Both the position numbers and the translations under genes were made by a program. Source: Erysipelothrix larvae (GTDB lineage Bacteria; Bacillota_I; Bacilli_A; Erysipelotrichales; Erysipelotrichaceae). Taken from it: a stretch of 32,000 nucleotides of DNA. This document shows, piece by piece, positions 1 through 8,859 of this stretch; position 1 is the stretch's first letter, and each line of letters begins with the position of its first letter. A model generated the notes under the pieces. It saw only the letters and a list, made by a program, of their open reading frames with translations. It was not told where the DNA came from and searched no databases. Location of the stretch: contig NZ_CP013213.1 of the NCBI RefSeq assembly GCF_001545095.1, positions 1,470,001 through 1,502,000 of the forward strand, given 5' to 3'.

Positions 1-533
1 ACCATAAAGTCTGTCACTGCCCTTGGTGTGTAGAACTCACCGGCATTACCAGCACTTTGAAGGTCTTTTAGGAAAGACTCATAAATGGCACCAAACTCAT
101 GGCGCTCCTTGTATTCGGTAAAGTCAATCTCATCAATGATATTGACCACTTGCCTTAGAAGCACACCATCTTTCTGATAGTTGTTAGCATCTTCAAAGGC
201 ATAGCGAACAATGACCTGGCTCATTGGTGTGTTTTCATCAATTTCAAGATTCTTTAAAGTTGGAAATAATGTATTGTTGACAAAGTCCAGGAGGGCATCC
301 CCTGTGAGTGCTTCTCCATCTTTTCTATCCACCGCCCAATCACGCCATTTAAGTCCTTCTGGAAGGATAGACTTGTAATTATCATTTAACAGCTCCCATG
401 TTTCTTCTTTTGCATCATATATTTTTAAGAACAGAATCCACACGATCTGCTCAATTCTTTGGGCATCACCATTAACGCCCGAGTCATTTCGCATGACATC
501 CTGGATTCTTTTCACAAAGTTACTAATCGCCAT
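1..533 (-). CDS. hsdM: Type I R-M DNA methyltransferase subunit HsdM, N-terminal part (gene continues beyond the left window edge)
   Basis: Not in the ORF track because it is open at the edge. My reverse-complement translation from ATG at 533 reads MAISNFVKRIQDVMRNDSGVNGDAQRIEQIVWILFLKIYDAKEE...LQSAGNAGEFYTPRAVTDFMV. This matches the HsdM N-terminal domain pattern and the AGEFYTPR motif of type I N6-adenine methylases. It starts 22 nt downstream of the hsdR stop on the same strand. Confidence 0.85.
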   Translation of the reverse strand, partial: MAISNFVKRIQDVMRNDSGVNGDAQRIEQIVWILFLKIYDAKEETWELLNDNYKSILPEGLKWRDWAVDRKDGEALTGDALLDFVNNTLFPTLKNLEIDENTPMSQVIVRYAFEDANNYQKDGVLLRQVVNIIDEIDFTEYKERHEFGAIYESFLKDLQSAGNAGEFYTPRAVTDFM

Positions 534-555
534 TTTATCTACCTGCCATCTCTAT

Positions 556-2931
556 TTATGCGTAATATATTTCGTTTTCTAGCTCCTGTACTGCTTTCAA
601 ATAAGCTTCCTTACCACCAAAGGCTTTGACAATCTTCATCGGGCTGCCAATTTTCTGGAACTCTTTCAGTTGAAGTACTTTCGTATCTTCAATCTCCTTG
701 ATGCCATCATTGGCATACTTGTCAAGTAGGGCTTCAATAACCTCTTTGGCTACATCTGAATACTTGTAAAGGTAATGCCTTTTCTTCACGTTCTCTGCCC
801 GTTCCTTCTTGGTCAGGGGTGCCTTATCATAGGCTATGTGGCAGATGAGATCAAAGTCATCCAGCTCCGTTTTTCCCAATTCTTGTCTTACCGCTTCAAG
901 AAGCACACCGTCATCCTGGAGTTCATCAATGATGGCTTGCTTCCTTTCAGCTTCTGTCCAGGTGCTCAGGAAGTCATCCAATCTTGAATACTGCTCAAGG
1001 ATGTTTTTCTTTGTGTAGTCAATAAGACTTTCAGTAATGAGCTTGCCATCCTTATCTACATACTGGACTCTTTCTGATAGAACTTTTACCAGAACATCGC
1101 CGACATAATATTTTCTTGGTTTGTCTTCGCCTTCATCATCAAAGGGTGGAGTATCATCGGTTACATATTCGCCATCATCTTCTTTAACACCATCAGTACC
1201 TGTATCTTCTCCAGTACCTTCTTCACCTTCCTCTGTAGGTGTTTCAGGCTCATCCACTGGGTCATCACCCCCAAGGTCAATGACCACTTCTGGCTTACCA
1301 TCAAAGGCAGGATCGGCAAAAAGTCTACTGGCATTTCTAAAGTCCATAATGGTAAAGTAGGTCTTGCCGTAATCTTCAAGAAGGCGTGTTCCTCGACCAA
1401 TAATCTGTTTGAACTCAGTCATGCTGTTGATGTTGTTCTCCAGTACAATGAGTTTACACATCTTGGCATCCACACCTGTGGTCATGAGTTTGCTGGTCAC
1501 TGCTATCACCGGATAAGGGCTTTCTTCATCAATGAAATTTTCCAGCTGCGCTTTACCGATATCATTGTCACCGGTAATCCTCATGATATAACGGTCATTT
1601 TCGGCATAAAGATCCTTATTTTCATTGATCAGTGATTGACGCATCCTCTCTGCGTGTTCAATATCCACACAAAAAACAATGGTCTTACTGAACCGATCAG
1701 TCTTTTTCAGAAACTCAGATATTTTAGATGCTACCACCCGAGTTCTATCGTCAATGACAATATTTCTATCAAAGTCTTTGACGTTGTACTCTCGATCTTC
1801 TATCTCATAGCCATGCTTATCCACTTTGCCCGCTTCTGGGCGATAGCCTTCAAGGTCTTTATCCAGACCGATACGGATCACTTTATAAGGTGCTAGGAAC
1901 CCATCATCGATACCCTGCTTTAAGGAGTATTCATATATCGGCTCTCCAAAATAAGTGAAGCTAGAGGCTTCCTTTGTTTCAATTGGAGTAGCTGTACAGC
2001 CAATATGTGTGGCTTCAGTAAAGTAGTCCAACACTTTTCGCCATGCTGATTCTTCTTTAGCACTACCCCGGTGGCACTCATCAATGACAATAAGGTCAAA
2101 GAAATTTGGCTGAAACTGGCGATAGGCTTCTTCACCATCATCACCAACTAGCTGCTGATAAAGTGCCAGATAAATCTCATAGGAACTATCCAGATTTCTA
2201 TTCTGCACCTTGGTCATCTTTCCACTAAAGGGTTTAAAGTCTCCGGTCATGGTCTGGTCAATCAGCACATTCCGATCTGCCAAGAAAAGAATCTTCTTCT
2301 TTAATCCAGATTTCCATAAACGATAGATCATCTGGAAGGTCATGTAAGTTTTACCGGTACCTGTGGCACTAACTACAAGGACACGATTTTGTCCTTTAGC
2401 AACAGCATCTACCGCTCTATTAATAGCCACCCGTTGATAATACCGAGGGGTTTTATAATTAGGTATGTAGTAATAAGGCTCCAGCATAACTTTTTCTTCA
2501 GCCTCATCAATCCCCTTATCAATTCTGTATCTTTGGTACAGCGCTTCTGGTGATGGGAACTCTTCTAATTTCAGTTCCTTCACTTCACCTGTGATGAGGT
2601 TCTGCTCCACAAAGCCATCTCCATTTGAAGCATAGACATAAGGAACATCCAGTGCCTTGGCATAATCAGTGGCTTGTTGAAGTCCAGCACCTACAGGCTG
2701 TGTATTGTCCTTTGCTTCCACAATGGCTAGAGGGAAGTTGTTTTTATAGGACAGGAGGTAGTCAGCACTTTTCTTTCTGCCTCTTGCCGTAATATTTCCA
2801 CGCAAAATAATACGCCCTGCTGTAAAAGCGTACTCCATCCGTATTTGCTTGTTATCCCATCCCGCATTCTGTATAGCAGGTGTGATATATCTTAATTTGA
2901 TATCTTCTTCAGACAAATGGCTTTTCCCCAT
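556..2931 (-). CDS. hsdR: Type I restriction enzyme R subunit (HsdR), EcoEI-like short form, 791 aa
   Basis: The N-terminal PD-(D/E)xK region (LAIVEAKD) is typical of the HsdR N domain. SF2 motifs are present: ATGTGKT (Walker A), VIDECHRG (DEAH-type), TATP and QIIGRGTR. It has an acidic linker and a helical C-terminal tail, and it is adjacent to hsdM. Confidence 0.9.
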   Translation of the reverse strand: MGKSHLSEEDIKLRYITPAIQNAGWDNKQIRMEYAFTAGRIILRGNITARGRKKSADYLLSYKNNFPLAIVEAKDNTQPVGAGLQQATDYAKALDVPYVYASNGDGFVEQNLITGEVKELKLEEFPSPEALYQRYRIDKGIDEAEEKVMLEPYYYIPNYKTPRYYQRVAINRAVDAVAKGQNRVLVVSATGTGKTYMTFQMIYRLWKSGLKKKILFLADRNVLIDQTMTGDFKPFSGKMTKVQNRNLDSSYEIYLALYQQLVGDDGEEAYRQFQPNFFDLIVIDECHRGSAKEESAWRKVLDYFTEATHIGCTATPIETKEASSFTYFGEPIYEYSLKQGIDDGFLAPYKVIRIGLDKDLEGYRPEAGKVDKHGYEIEDREYNVKDFDRNIVIDDRTRVVASKISEFLKKTDRFSKTIVFCVDIEHAERMRQSLINENKDLYAENDRYIMRITGDNDIGKAQLENFIDEESPYPVIAVTSKLMTTGVDAKMCKLIVLENNINSMTEFKQIIGRGTRLLEDYGKTYFTIMDFRNASRLFADPAFDGKPEVVIDLGGDDPVDEPETPTEEGEEGTGEDTGTDGVKEDDGEYVTDDTPPFDDEGEDKPRKYYVGDVLVKVLSERVQYVDKDGKLITESLIDYTKKNILEQYSRLDDFLSTWTEAERKQAIIDELQDDGVLLEAVRQELGKTELDDFDLICHIAYDKAPLTKKERAENVKKRHYLYKYSDVAKEVIEALLDKYANDGIKEIEDTKVLQLKEFQKIGSPMKIVKAFGGKEAYLKAVQELENEIYYA

Positions 2932-2965
2932 GAACGCTCGCCCCCTTCATTTTATTTAAACGATG

Positions 2966-3178
2966 TCAATCGAACTTAAACTCAATGATGTCACCGATAT
3001 TACACTGGAGGCTTTTACAGATTTTATAAAGGCTCTCCATGCTTACCGATTCCCCTTTACCGAGACGAGCGATAATATTATAGGTAATGCCGGCTTGATC
3101 TTTTAAATCAGTTTTATTCATCTTCTTGTCGATCAAGAGTTTCCAAAGATTATCATAGCTAATCACCATGAATCGCAC
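2966..3178 (-). CDS. Small XRE/Cro-type helix-turn-helix transcriptional regulator (70 aa), first gene of the hsdR-hsdM transcription unit
   Basis: The sequence LWKLLIDKKMNKTDLKDQAGITYNIIARLGKGESVSMESLYKICKSLQCNIGDII has a classic HTH_3-like pattern. A GGAGGTG RBS lies 8 nt before the ATG. The gene ends 34 nt upstream of the hsdR start. Confidence 0.8.
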   Translation of the reverse strand: MRFMVISYDNLWKLLIDKKMNKTDLKDQAGITYNIIARLGKGESVSMESLYKICKSLQCNIGDIIEFKFD

Positions 3179-3410
3179 ACCTCCAAGGATATAAAATATA
3201 GTTAAGAATAGTATAACACATTACTAAACGAAATAGAAAGAAAACCTTACATTATTGAAAGGTCCTTTTATAAGCATCATTTAGGATTAGGATAACTATT
3301 TTATCAACTCACCACGTTTTTGCCAGCAATCCTATCAACTCACAAGCTCAAAAGTCAATCTATCCACTCAATCTTCCATTCTGCCATTCTTGGATTAGTT
3401 CCCGCAAATT

Positions 3411-3459
3411 AAAAAACCGTGATTATCCTTCCGGCTTAGAACCAGACCTCAAATCACGG
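3411..3459 (-). terminator. Rho-independent terminator candidate downstream of the rRNA methyltransferase gene
   Basis: On the minus strand, CCGTGATT (3424-3417) pairs with AATCACGG (3459-3452). The 27-nt loop contains an inner TCTGG/CCGGA pairing. A T6 run (complement of 3411-3416) follows. The stem starts about 30 nt after the stop at 3491. Confidence 0.5.
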
Positions 3460-3490
3460 AAAGCCTTTATTTACTTATCTTTTAACACTC

Positions 3491-4864
3491 TCACTTATCC
3501 ACCCTTGACATCAATACTACCGTCTCAACGTGCGTCGTATGCGGAAACATATCCACAGGTTGAACACTGATTAATTCATACCCTTGTTCTGTATATTTCT
3601 TTACATCTTTTGCAAGGGTTACAGGATTACAACTTACATATATAAGACGTTTTGGCTTCATTGCAATACTTGCATCAATGAAACTCTCTGCAAGTCCTTT
3701 GCGTGGTGGATCTACAATAATAACATCGGGTTTGATGCCTTGTTTTACCCATTTCTGCATAACCACTTCTGCCTTACCTGCTTCAAATACTGTGTTTGTT
3801 ATTGCATTCAGTGATGCATTATATTTCGCCATTGTGATAGCATCTTCCACAACCTCTACACCATAGACTGTGTGTGCCAAATCAGAGGCACATAGTGTAA
3901 TTGTGCCAATACCACAATATGCATCAATGACGATGTCATCGTGTGATATATTCGCAAGCTCAAGCGCTTTAGCATATAAGACTTCTGTTTGTTTTGAGTT
4001 TACTTGGAAGAAAGAGTGTGAAGAAATCGCAAAGGTTTTATCAAGTAATTTATCATAGTATTTATCTTCACCAAATAGAAGATTGGACGTGTTGCCCATG
4101 ATAACATTTGTCTTTTGATCGTTGATGTTTTGTACAATACTCACTACATTTGGACAATCTTCTAGGATTCTTTGAACAAGCGCTTCTCGATAGGGAAGTG
4201 TTTTCCCATTTGTTACAAGAATCACCATCATCTCTTTTGTTATATGTCCCCTTCGCACAATAATATGGCGTATGCAGCCTTCGTGGTTTACTTCATCATA
4301 AGCACGGATATTTAAGTCACGTAAAATGTTTCGAATTGAAAGGATTGCTTCATCAATTTCAGGTTCCTGGATGTGATAGTTCTCAATGGGTACAAGGTCA
4401 TGTGAATTGCGTTTAAAAAACCCTGTTTCAAGGTGTCCTTGTATCTCTCTTACAGGAATTTGTGCTTTATTTCGATAGTGCCATGGATGATCCATACCCA
4501 GTGTAAAAAGCACAATGTCTTGGTCAATCTGCATCACTTTTGAGAAACAATCGATGACAAATTTACGTTTAAATTGAAGTTGCGCTTCATAAGCCATATG
4601 TTGAAGGGGCATTGTACCAATACGTGTCCCTAAAGGGTCAATAAGGTCCACTCTATCTTTGGATGCTTTAAGTACTTCTAAGACCTTCCCAAAGGCAAAA
4701 CGTTTCTCTACACGTTCAATTCGAACCTTAACAACCTCACCGGGTAAAACACTTTCGATAAATACCGTAAAACCATCGATTTTCGCGACACCATACGCTT
4801 CATAGCTTAAATCAAGAATCTCTACTTCATGGATTTCATTTTTACTCACACGTTTATGTTTCAT
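3491..4864 (-). CDS. rlmCD: 23S rRNA (uracil-C5)-methyltransferase, RlmCD/RumA (TrmA) family with N-terminal TRAM domain
   Basis: The TRAM-like N-terminus reads EVEILDLSYEAYGVAKIDGFTVFIESVLPGEVVKVRI. The SAM-binding motif VIDAYCGIGTI, DPPRKG and a C-terminal YVSCNP...VDMFPHTTHVE signature are present. I moved the start to ATG 4864 (MKHKRV), which has a GAGG RBS 9 nt upstream, rather than the track start at 4888. Confidence 0.88.
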   Translation of the reverse strand: MKHKRVSKNEIHEVEILDLSYEAYGVAKIDGFTVFIESVLPGEVVKVRIERVEKRFAFGKVLEVLKASKDRVDLIDPLGTRIGTMPLQHMAYEAQLQFKRKFVIDCFSKVMQIDQDIVLFTLGMDHPWHYRNKAQIPVREIQGHLETGFFKRNSHDLVPIENYHIQEPEIDEAILSIRNILRDLNIRAYDEVNHEGCIRHIIVRRGHITKEMMVILVTNGKTLPYREALVQRILEDCPNVVSIVQNINDQKTNVIMGNTSNLLFGEDKYYDKLLDKTFAISSHSFFQVNSKQTEVLYAKALELANISHDDIVIDAYCGIGTITLCASDLAHTVYGVEVVEDAITMAKYNASLNAITNTVFEAGKAEVVMQKWVKQGIKPDVIIVDPPRKGLAESFIDASIAMKPKRLIYVSCNPVTLAKDVKKYTEQGYELISVQPVDMFPHTTHVETVVLMSRVDK

Positions 4865-4986
4865 TGTTAAATACCTCATTGGTATCATTTTATCATTTTT
4901 ATGACGAACACTCTATGATTTTAAAGTTCAAATTCAATGAATAAAAGAACCAAATGACCTATAATGAGATTAGGAGGATGGTTAAA

Positions 4987-5472
4987 ATGGAAATTACAAG
5001 AAAAGGTGTCCCGACTCAAGTAGAAGGTGTGCAACCTAAAGTCGGTGATGTTGCACCGAAGTTTACTTTAAAAGACCTAAACAATAACACAGTATCATTG
5101 GATGACTTTTTAGGAAAGAAAGTACTGATTAGTGTATTCCCTGATATTAATACCCGTGTTTGTGATCTACAAACGGTTCATTTCTTCAACCTTGCGGGAT
5201 CCCTTGAAAACACACAAATCATTAATATTTCAAATAATACTCAAGATGATCTTAAGAGTTGGTGTGCAACAAAGAATGTTGATGCACTCATGCTCCATGA
5301 TGATGACAAAACATTTGCCAATGCATATGGTTTATGGATTCCTGAGTTTGAAGTTCTTGCACGGTCGGTATTTGTCGTCGATGAAGAAGGCAAGCTTGCT
5401 TATGTTGAGATTGTTCCTGAAATGGCTACTGAACCAAACTATGAACCTGCAATTAATGCATGTAAAGCATAG
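4987..5472 (+). CDS. tpx: Thiol peroxidase (atypical 2-Cys peroxiredoxin Tpx)
   Basis: The sequence GDVAPKFTLKDLNNNTVSLDDFLGKKVLISVFPDINTRVCDLQ has the Tpx-type P..DT.VC active-site context, and the size of about 161 aa fits. The start is set at ATG 4987, 9 nt after AGGAGG (4972-4977). The track start at 4954 lacks an RBS. Confidence 0.88.
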   Translation: MEITRKGVPTQVEGVQPKVGDVAPKFTLKDLNNNTVSLDDFLGKKVLISVFPDINTRVCDLQTVHFFNLAGSLENTQIINISNNTQDDLKSWCATKNVDALMLHDDDKTFANAYGLWIPEFEVLARSVFVVDEEGKLAYVEIVPEMATEPNYEPAINACKA

Positions 5473-5482
5473 GTATCACAAA

Positions 5483-5512
5483 GGCTTCGACACATAATCG
5501 AAGCTTTTTTAT
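5483..5512 (+). terminator. Rho-independent terminator of tpx
   Basis: GGCTTCGA (5483-5490) pairs with TCGAAGCT (5498-5505) across the 7-nt loop CACATAA. The stem runs into TTTTTTAT, and the structure starts 11 nt after the tpx stop. Confidence 0.75.
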
Positions 5513-5729
5513 ATTCTCTTGAAGGTTTACCCTTAAAAAACACAAGGTGCATTGTATACAAAGATTTTTTTGTTAAATGGTTTTGATGATGTTTGATTAA
5601 CCTTCTCATTTTCGTAACTGTATTCCCCCTGAAATCACAATCAATTTTCACAAAATTATCCAAATAATAATATCCAATTTCCACACCAAATGACTTATAA
5701 TAAGATGTACATGAAGGGAGGACCACAGC

Positions 5730-7103
5730 ATGCAACAACCGTTAGTCTTTGATTATGATAAAGAACCCTCGCGCGATATCTTGTGCATCGATTGCAAGAG
5801 CTTTTATGCGTCGTGTGAGGCGGTTTCTCGTGGGTTAAATCCACTGACTGTGAAACTTGTTGTGATGAGTTATCCCAGTGATAATAAAAACGAACGTGGA
5901 AGTGGCCTCATCCTTGCATCCAGTCCTGCAGCCAAGAAAGCCTACAACATCTCTAATGTAAGTAGAGCCCGTGATCTGCCCTTCCCTTATCCTGAAGATT
6001 TGATTATTGCACCGCCTCGCATGAACTATTACATGCAAATCAACAAGCAAATCAACAACATCTATCGGACCTTTGTCGATGACTCAAACATTGAAGTGTA
6101 TTCGGTTGATGAGACCTTCCTAGATGTCACAGGTTCCTTAAAATACTTTAAGTGCAACAATGCACGTGAACTTGCGAAACTCATTCAAATTAAGGTCTAT
6201 AAGGAAACTGGTATTTATACAACTGTGGGTATTGGGGATAATCCCCTCTTAGCTAAACTTGCTTTAGATAATGAAGCCAAACATACCAAGGACTTCAAAG
6301 CAGAATGGCGTTATGAAGATGTGCCCGATAAGATTTGGAACATTAAATCACTCACCGATTGTTGGGGGATTGGTCGACGTACTGAAAAACGCCTCAATAA
6401 CTTAGGCATCACATCGATGTATGAATTAGCGCATACCGACTATTATAAGATTAAGAAAAGCATGGGAATCTTAGGCGCACAGCTTTATGCACATGCTTGG
6501 GGCATTGATCGTACCTTCTTAGGTGAACCCTATGCTCCCAAATCAGAATCGATTGGAAACTCACAAGTCCTCAATCGTGACTATTATACGAAAGAAGAAA
6601 TTGAAATTGTAATTCGTGAAATGAGCGACCAAGTCGCAACACGCTTACGCAAAGAAAATAAGCTCTGTAAAAGTGTCAGCCTTTGGGTAGGTTATTCCTT
6701 GAGTTATTTAGATGACGAAGGGAAACGGGGGTTTGCGAAGCAAGTTAAAGTTGAGGCAACAAACAGCAGTAAGAAAATTTACCAAGCTTGCCTCTCAATT
6801 TTCAATAAGTACTATGATGTCCAGGTCGTTCGTAATATTGGAATCAACTGTACAAAGTTAGAATCTCCGTTTCAAGAGCAGCTGAACTTGTTTGAATCTG
6901 TTGAGGATAAAGATAAAGAACATCACCTTGATGAAGTGGTGGATACGATACGAAGTAAATACGGATTCACTAAACTTGTGTATACCAGTAGCCTATTAAG
7001 AGGTGGACGTGCCATTGCCCGTAGTAAACTGGTGGGTGGTCATGCAGGTGGTATGAGTGGACTGGATGAGAAAGGAGACGCAGATGAGAAAAAGAAGCCC
7101 TAA
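5730..7103 (+). CDS. Y-family translesion DNA polymerase (ImpB/MucB/SamB; UmuC/UvrX/YqjW-like), intact copy, 457 aa
   Basis: The N-terminus ILCIDCKSFYASCEAV, the catalytic SVDETFLDVT, and GIGDNPLLAKLALD with the WGIGRRTEKRL helix-hairpin-helix are hallmarks of Y-family polymerases. A GAAGGGAGG RBS precedes the ATG. A YolD-like gene follows, as in the B. subtilis uvrX-yolD and yqjW-yqzH pairs. Confidence 0.9.
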   Translation: MQQPLVFDYDKEPSRDILCIDCKSFYASCEAVSRGLNPLTVKLVVMSYPSDNKNERGSGLILASSPAAKKAYNISNVSRARDLPFPYPEDLIIAPPRMNYYMQINKQINNIYRTFVDDSNIEVYSVDETFLDVTGSLKYFKCNNARELAKLIQIKVYKETGIYTTVGIGDNPLLAKLALDNEAKHTKDFKAEWRYEDVPDKIWNIKSLTDCWGIGRRTEKRLNNLGITSMYELAHTDYYKIKKSMGILGAQLYAHAWGIDRTFLGEPYAPKSESIGNSQVLNRDYYTKEEIEIVIREMSDQVATRLRKENKLCKSVSLWVGYSLSYLDDEGKRGFAKQVKVEATNSSKKIYQACLSIFNKYYDVQVVRNIGINCTKLESPFQEQLNLFESVEDKDKEHHLDEVVDTIRSKYGFTKLVYTSSLLRGGRAIARSKLVGGHAGGMSGLDEKGDADEKKKP

Positions 7104-7430
7104 ATTTTTTGTGGATTATAATGACTATCATGATCGTCCCTTTGGCTTAAAATGGGGCACTGCATTTGCGTTAGCAGAACTGGTGAGTGTGATTGACACA
7201 AACAAGAAAGATGCCAAAAAGGAAGTCTATGAATTTCCTGAGATGAGTCGGGAAGAAATCGATCACGTTCTTCAACATGCTTTCCTAAAATCAAAAAAGG
7301 TATCCATTCAAATGAACATACGAGACCATGATGATCATCTTATCGAGAACGTAATTGGAAAATTCGAAGGGTTTTCAGACTCTGAATTCTTGTATATTGA
7401 TGGTCAAGAACTCGCTTGGGAACTCATTCG
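6714..7430. repeat. Left copy of a 717-bp imperfect direct repeat (3' third of the polymerase gene plus most of yolD)
   Basis: It aligns base-for-base with 26579-27295 at a constant offset of 19865 and no indels. I counted about 27 mismatches by eye (about 96 percent identity). Similarity stops abruptly on both sides. Confidence 0.9.
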
Positions 7431-7452
7431 TCATATTCAAGAACTGGATTAA
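7084..7452 (+). CDS. YolD-like protein (accessory partner of Y-family polymerases), copy 1
   Basis: It overlaps the end of the polymerase gene. AAAGGAG lies about 6 nt before ATG 7084. The K-W-x-x-A-F motif (GLKWGTAFALAE) and a beta-rich C-terminal half (VSIQMNI...IGKFEGF...LYIDGQEL) fit the YolD family pattern. The track ORF start at 7057 is less likely. Confidence 0.7.
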   Translation: MRKRSPKFFVDYNDYHDRPFGLKWGTAFALAELVSVIDTNKKDAKKEVYEFPEMSREEIDHVLQHAFLKSKKVSIQMNIRDHDDHLIENVIGKFEGFSDSEFLYIDGQELAWELIRHIQELD

Positions 7453-7472
7453 TATTGATGTTTTAAGCATTT

Positions 7473-8846
7473 TTAAAGGTTAAAGTAGTCACAAATTGAA
7501 ATGGTCTTGACATCGATGTCTCCTGTTTCAACAGCATTCTTAGTAAAGAGCATCTTTTGAACTGTGTAATCACTAAACAACGTTGCACGCTTATCCAGTG
7601 TTTGTAAAGTCTTGCTAAGTTTTAATGAATTAGTCCACTTACACTCTCCTATTATTAGGTTTTTTCCATCGAGGGACTCAACAATAATATCAATTTCTTG
7701 AACATCGCCTTTTTTGTCTTTCCCCCACCATTTTCCAAATGTTTTCGCAATAAAAGGCAAGCCATTCTTTGCGTTAACACGTCTTAGATATTGACGCGTG
7801 ATTTCTTCAAAAATCGGCCCAATAAACTCACTGAGATTATTCAGTGAATGCTGCCAGTAAATATCACCATGACCACGTTCAATTTCAGTTCTTATTGAAA
7901 AAATAGTGCGATACCAATAAGCGATAAAGTTTTCTGTTATGTGATAGTAGCTTTTCTTTCCTTTGAGTGGATTTGAACCAAATGGAATAATTCGCTCAAT
8001 GTAATTCAATTCTTGTAAAGTAAGGAGATACTTTGAAATCAGGCTCGTTTCAAGTTTCGTAAAGCCTGCAATACCACTTAATGTGACAGCACCACTCGCA
8101 ATTGCTTGTAGCACAGAATTATATATAGCTGGTTCTCTAAATTCCTGTTTCATTAAGAGTGTTCCCTCATTAAAGAGATAACCATTAATGACAAAGTACA
8201 AATTCTTTAGATTCTCCTCAAAAGTTAAGCTTGGATCAATCATTGATAAGTAATAAGGTGTTCCACCGATTGTTGCATAATAGCGAATTTTATCCTCGAA
8301 ACTTACGTCTGGATAAAACTTCGATGCATCATAATAATCCAAAGCATTCACTTTTATTTGTCCTGTTCTTCGTCCAAATAATGGGCTTTTTTCACCCAAC
8401 ACCTGATTTTCCATAAAGCTTACTGAAGAGCCACATAGAATCAAAAAAAGATTTGTATTTTTAAATTTATGGTCGATGATATGCTGAAGTGTTGAATTCA
8501 AAGAACGGTTTGCGCTTGCAGCGTAGGGATATTCATCAATCACGACAACCAAGTGTTCATGACCAAAGTTCTCCGCAATGATTGTAAACAATACTTCCCA
8601 GTTTTCTACAGGTGGAAACCCACTTATTCCCAGTAATTCACCTAATTGTTGCGAAAATTTAGCTAAATTAAGAGCGTCATTTACTTCTTCACAAGAAAAA
8701 TAGATTGATTTTTTATCACTAACAAACTCACTTATGAGCGCAGTTTTCCCAATACGCCTTCTTCCATAGACAACCGCCATTTGAAAATTGTTTCGTTCAT
8801 GCATGTTTTCGAGTGCTTTTAACTCGTTTTCTCTTCCAAAAAACAT
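7473..8846 (-). CDS. AAA-type ATPase (archaeal-ATPase/ATPase_2 family) with C-terminal DUF234-like PD-(D/E)xK module, 457 aa
   Basis: The N-terminus FFGRENELKAL is followed by Walker A GRRRIGKT and Walker B LVVVIDEYPY. The C-terminal EIDIIVESLDGKNLIIGECKW is a D...E-x-K restriction-endonuclease-like motif typical of DUF234. A GGAGGTG RBS lies 5 nt before the ATG. Confidence 0.85.
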   Translation of the reverse strand: MFFGRENELKALENMHERNNFQMAVVYGRRRIGKTALISEFVSDKKSIYFSCEEVNDALNLAKFSQQLGELLGISGFPPVENWEVLFTIIAENFGHEHLVVVIDEYPYAASANRSLNSTLQHIIDHKFKNTNLFLILCGSSVSFMENQVLGEKSPLFGRRTGQIKVNALDYYDASKFYPDVSFEDKIRYYATIGGTPYYLSMIDPSLTFEENLKNLYFVINGYLFNEGTLLMKQEFREPAIYNSVLQAIASGAVTLSGIAGFTKLETSLISKYLLTLQELNYIERIIPFGSNPLKGKKSYYHITENFIAYWYRTIFSIRTEIERGHGDIYWQHSLNNLSEFIGPIFEEITRQYLRRVNAKNGLPFIAKTFGKWWGKDKKGDVQEIDIIVESLDGKNLIIGECKWTNSLKLSKTLQTLDKRATLFSDYTVQKMLFTKNAVETGDIDVKTISICDYFNL

Positions 8847-8859
8847 GGACTCACCTCCA

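Noticed and set aside
775-2147. Several 60-86 aa track ORFs inside hsdR on both strands (775-987, 836-1018, 1121-1360, 1161-1400, 1636-1896, 1920-2147). Two of them are generated by the acidic linker at about 1120-1280.
   Set aside because: They are shadow ORFs wholly embedded in a well-supported 791-aa gene. The Ser/Pro-rich 79-aa ORF is simply the antisense reading of the Asp/Glu/Gly/Thr-rich low-complexity linker.
5513-5729. SOS (LexA/Cheo box, GAAC-N4-GTTC) operator upstream of the Y-family polymerase gene.
   Set aside because: I read the whole intergenic region and found no GAAC...GTTC element, not even a GAAC half-site. A TATAAT at 5696-5701 has no acceptable -35. I therefore cannot support either SOS regulation or a specific promoter call here.
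5439-5738. Track ORF of 99 aa on the minus strand between tpx and the polymerase gene.
   Set aside because: It spans the tpx terminator hairpin and the polymerase RBS and start, and it overlaps the tpx 3' end. It has no RBS, and its composition (Cys/His/Tyr-rich, with basic runs) is typical of an antisense or intergenic artefact.
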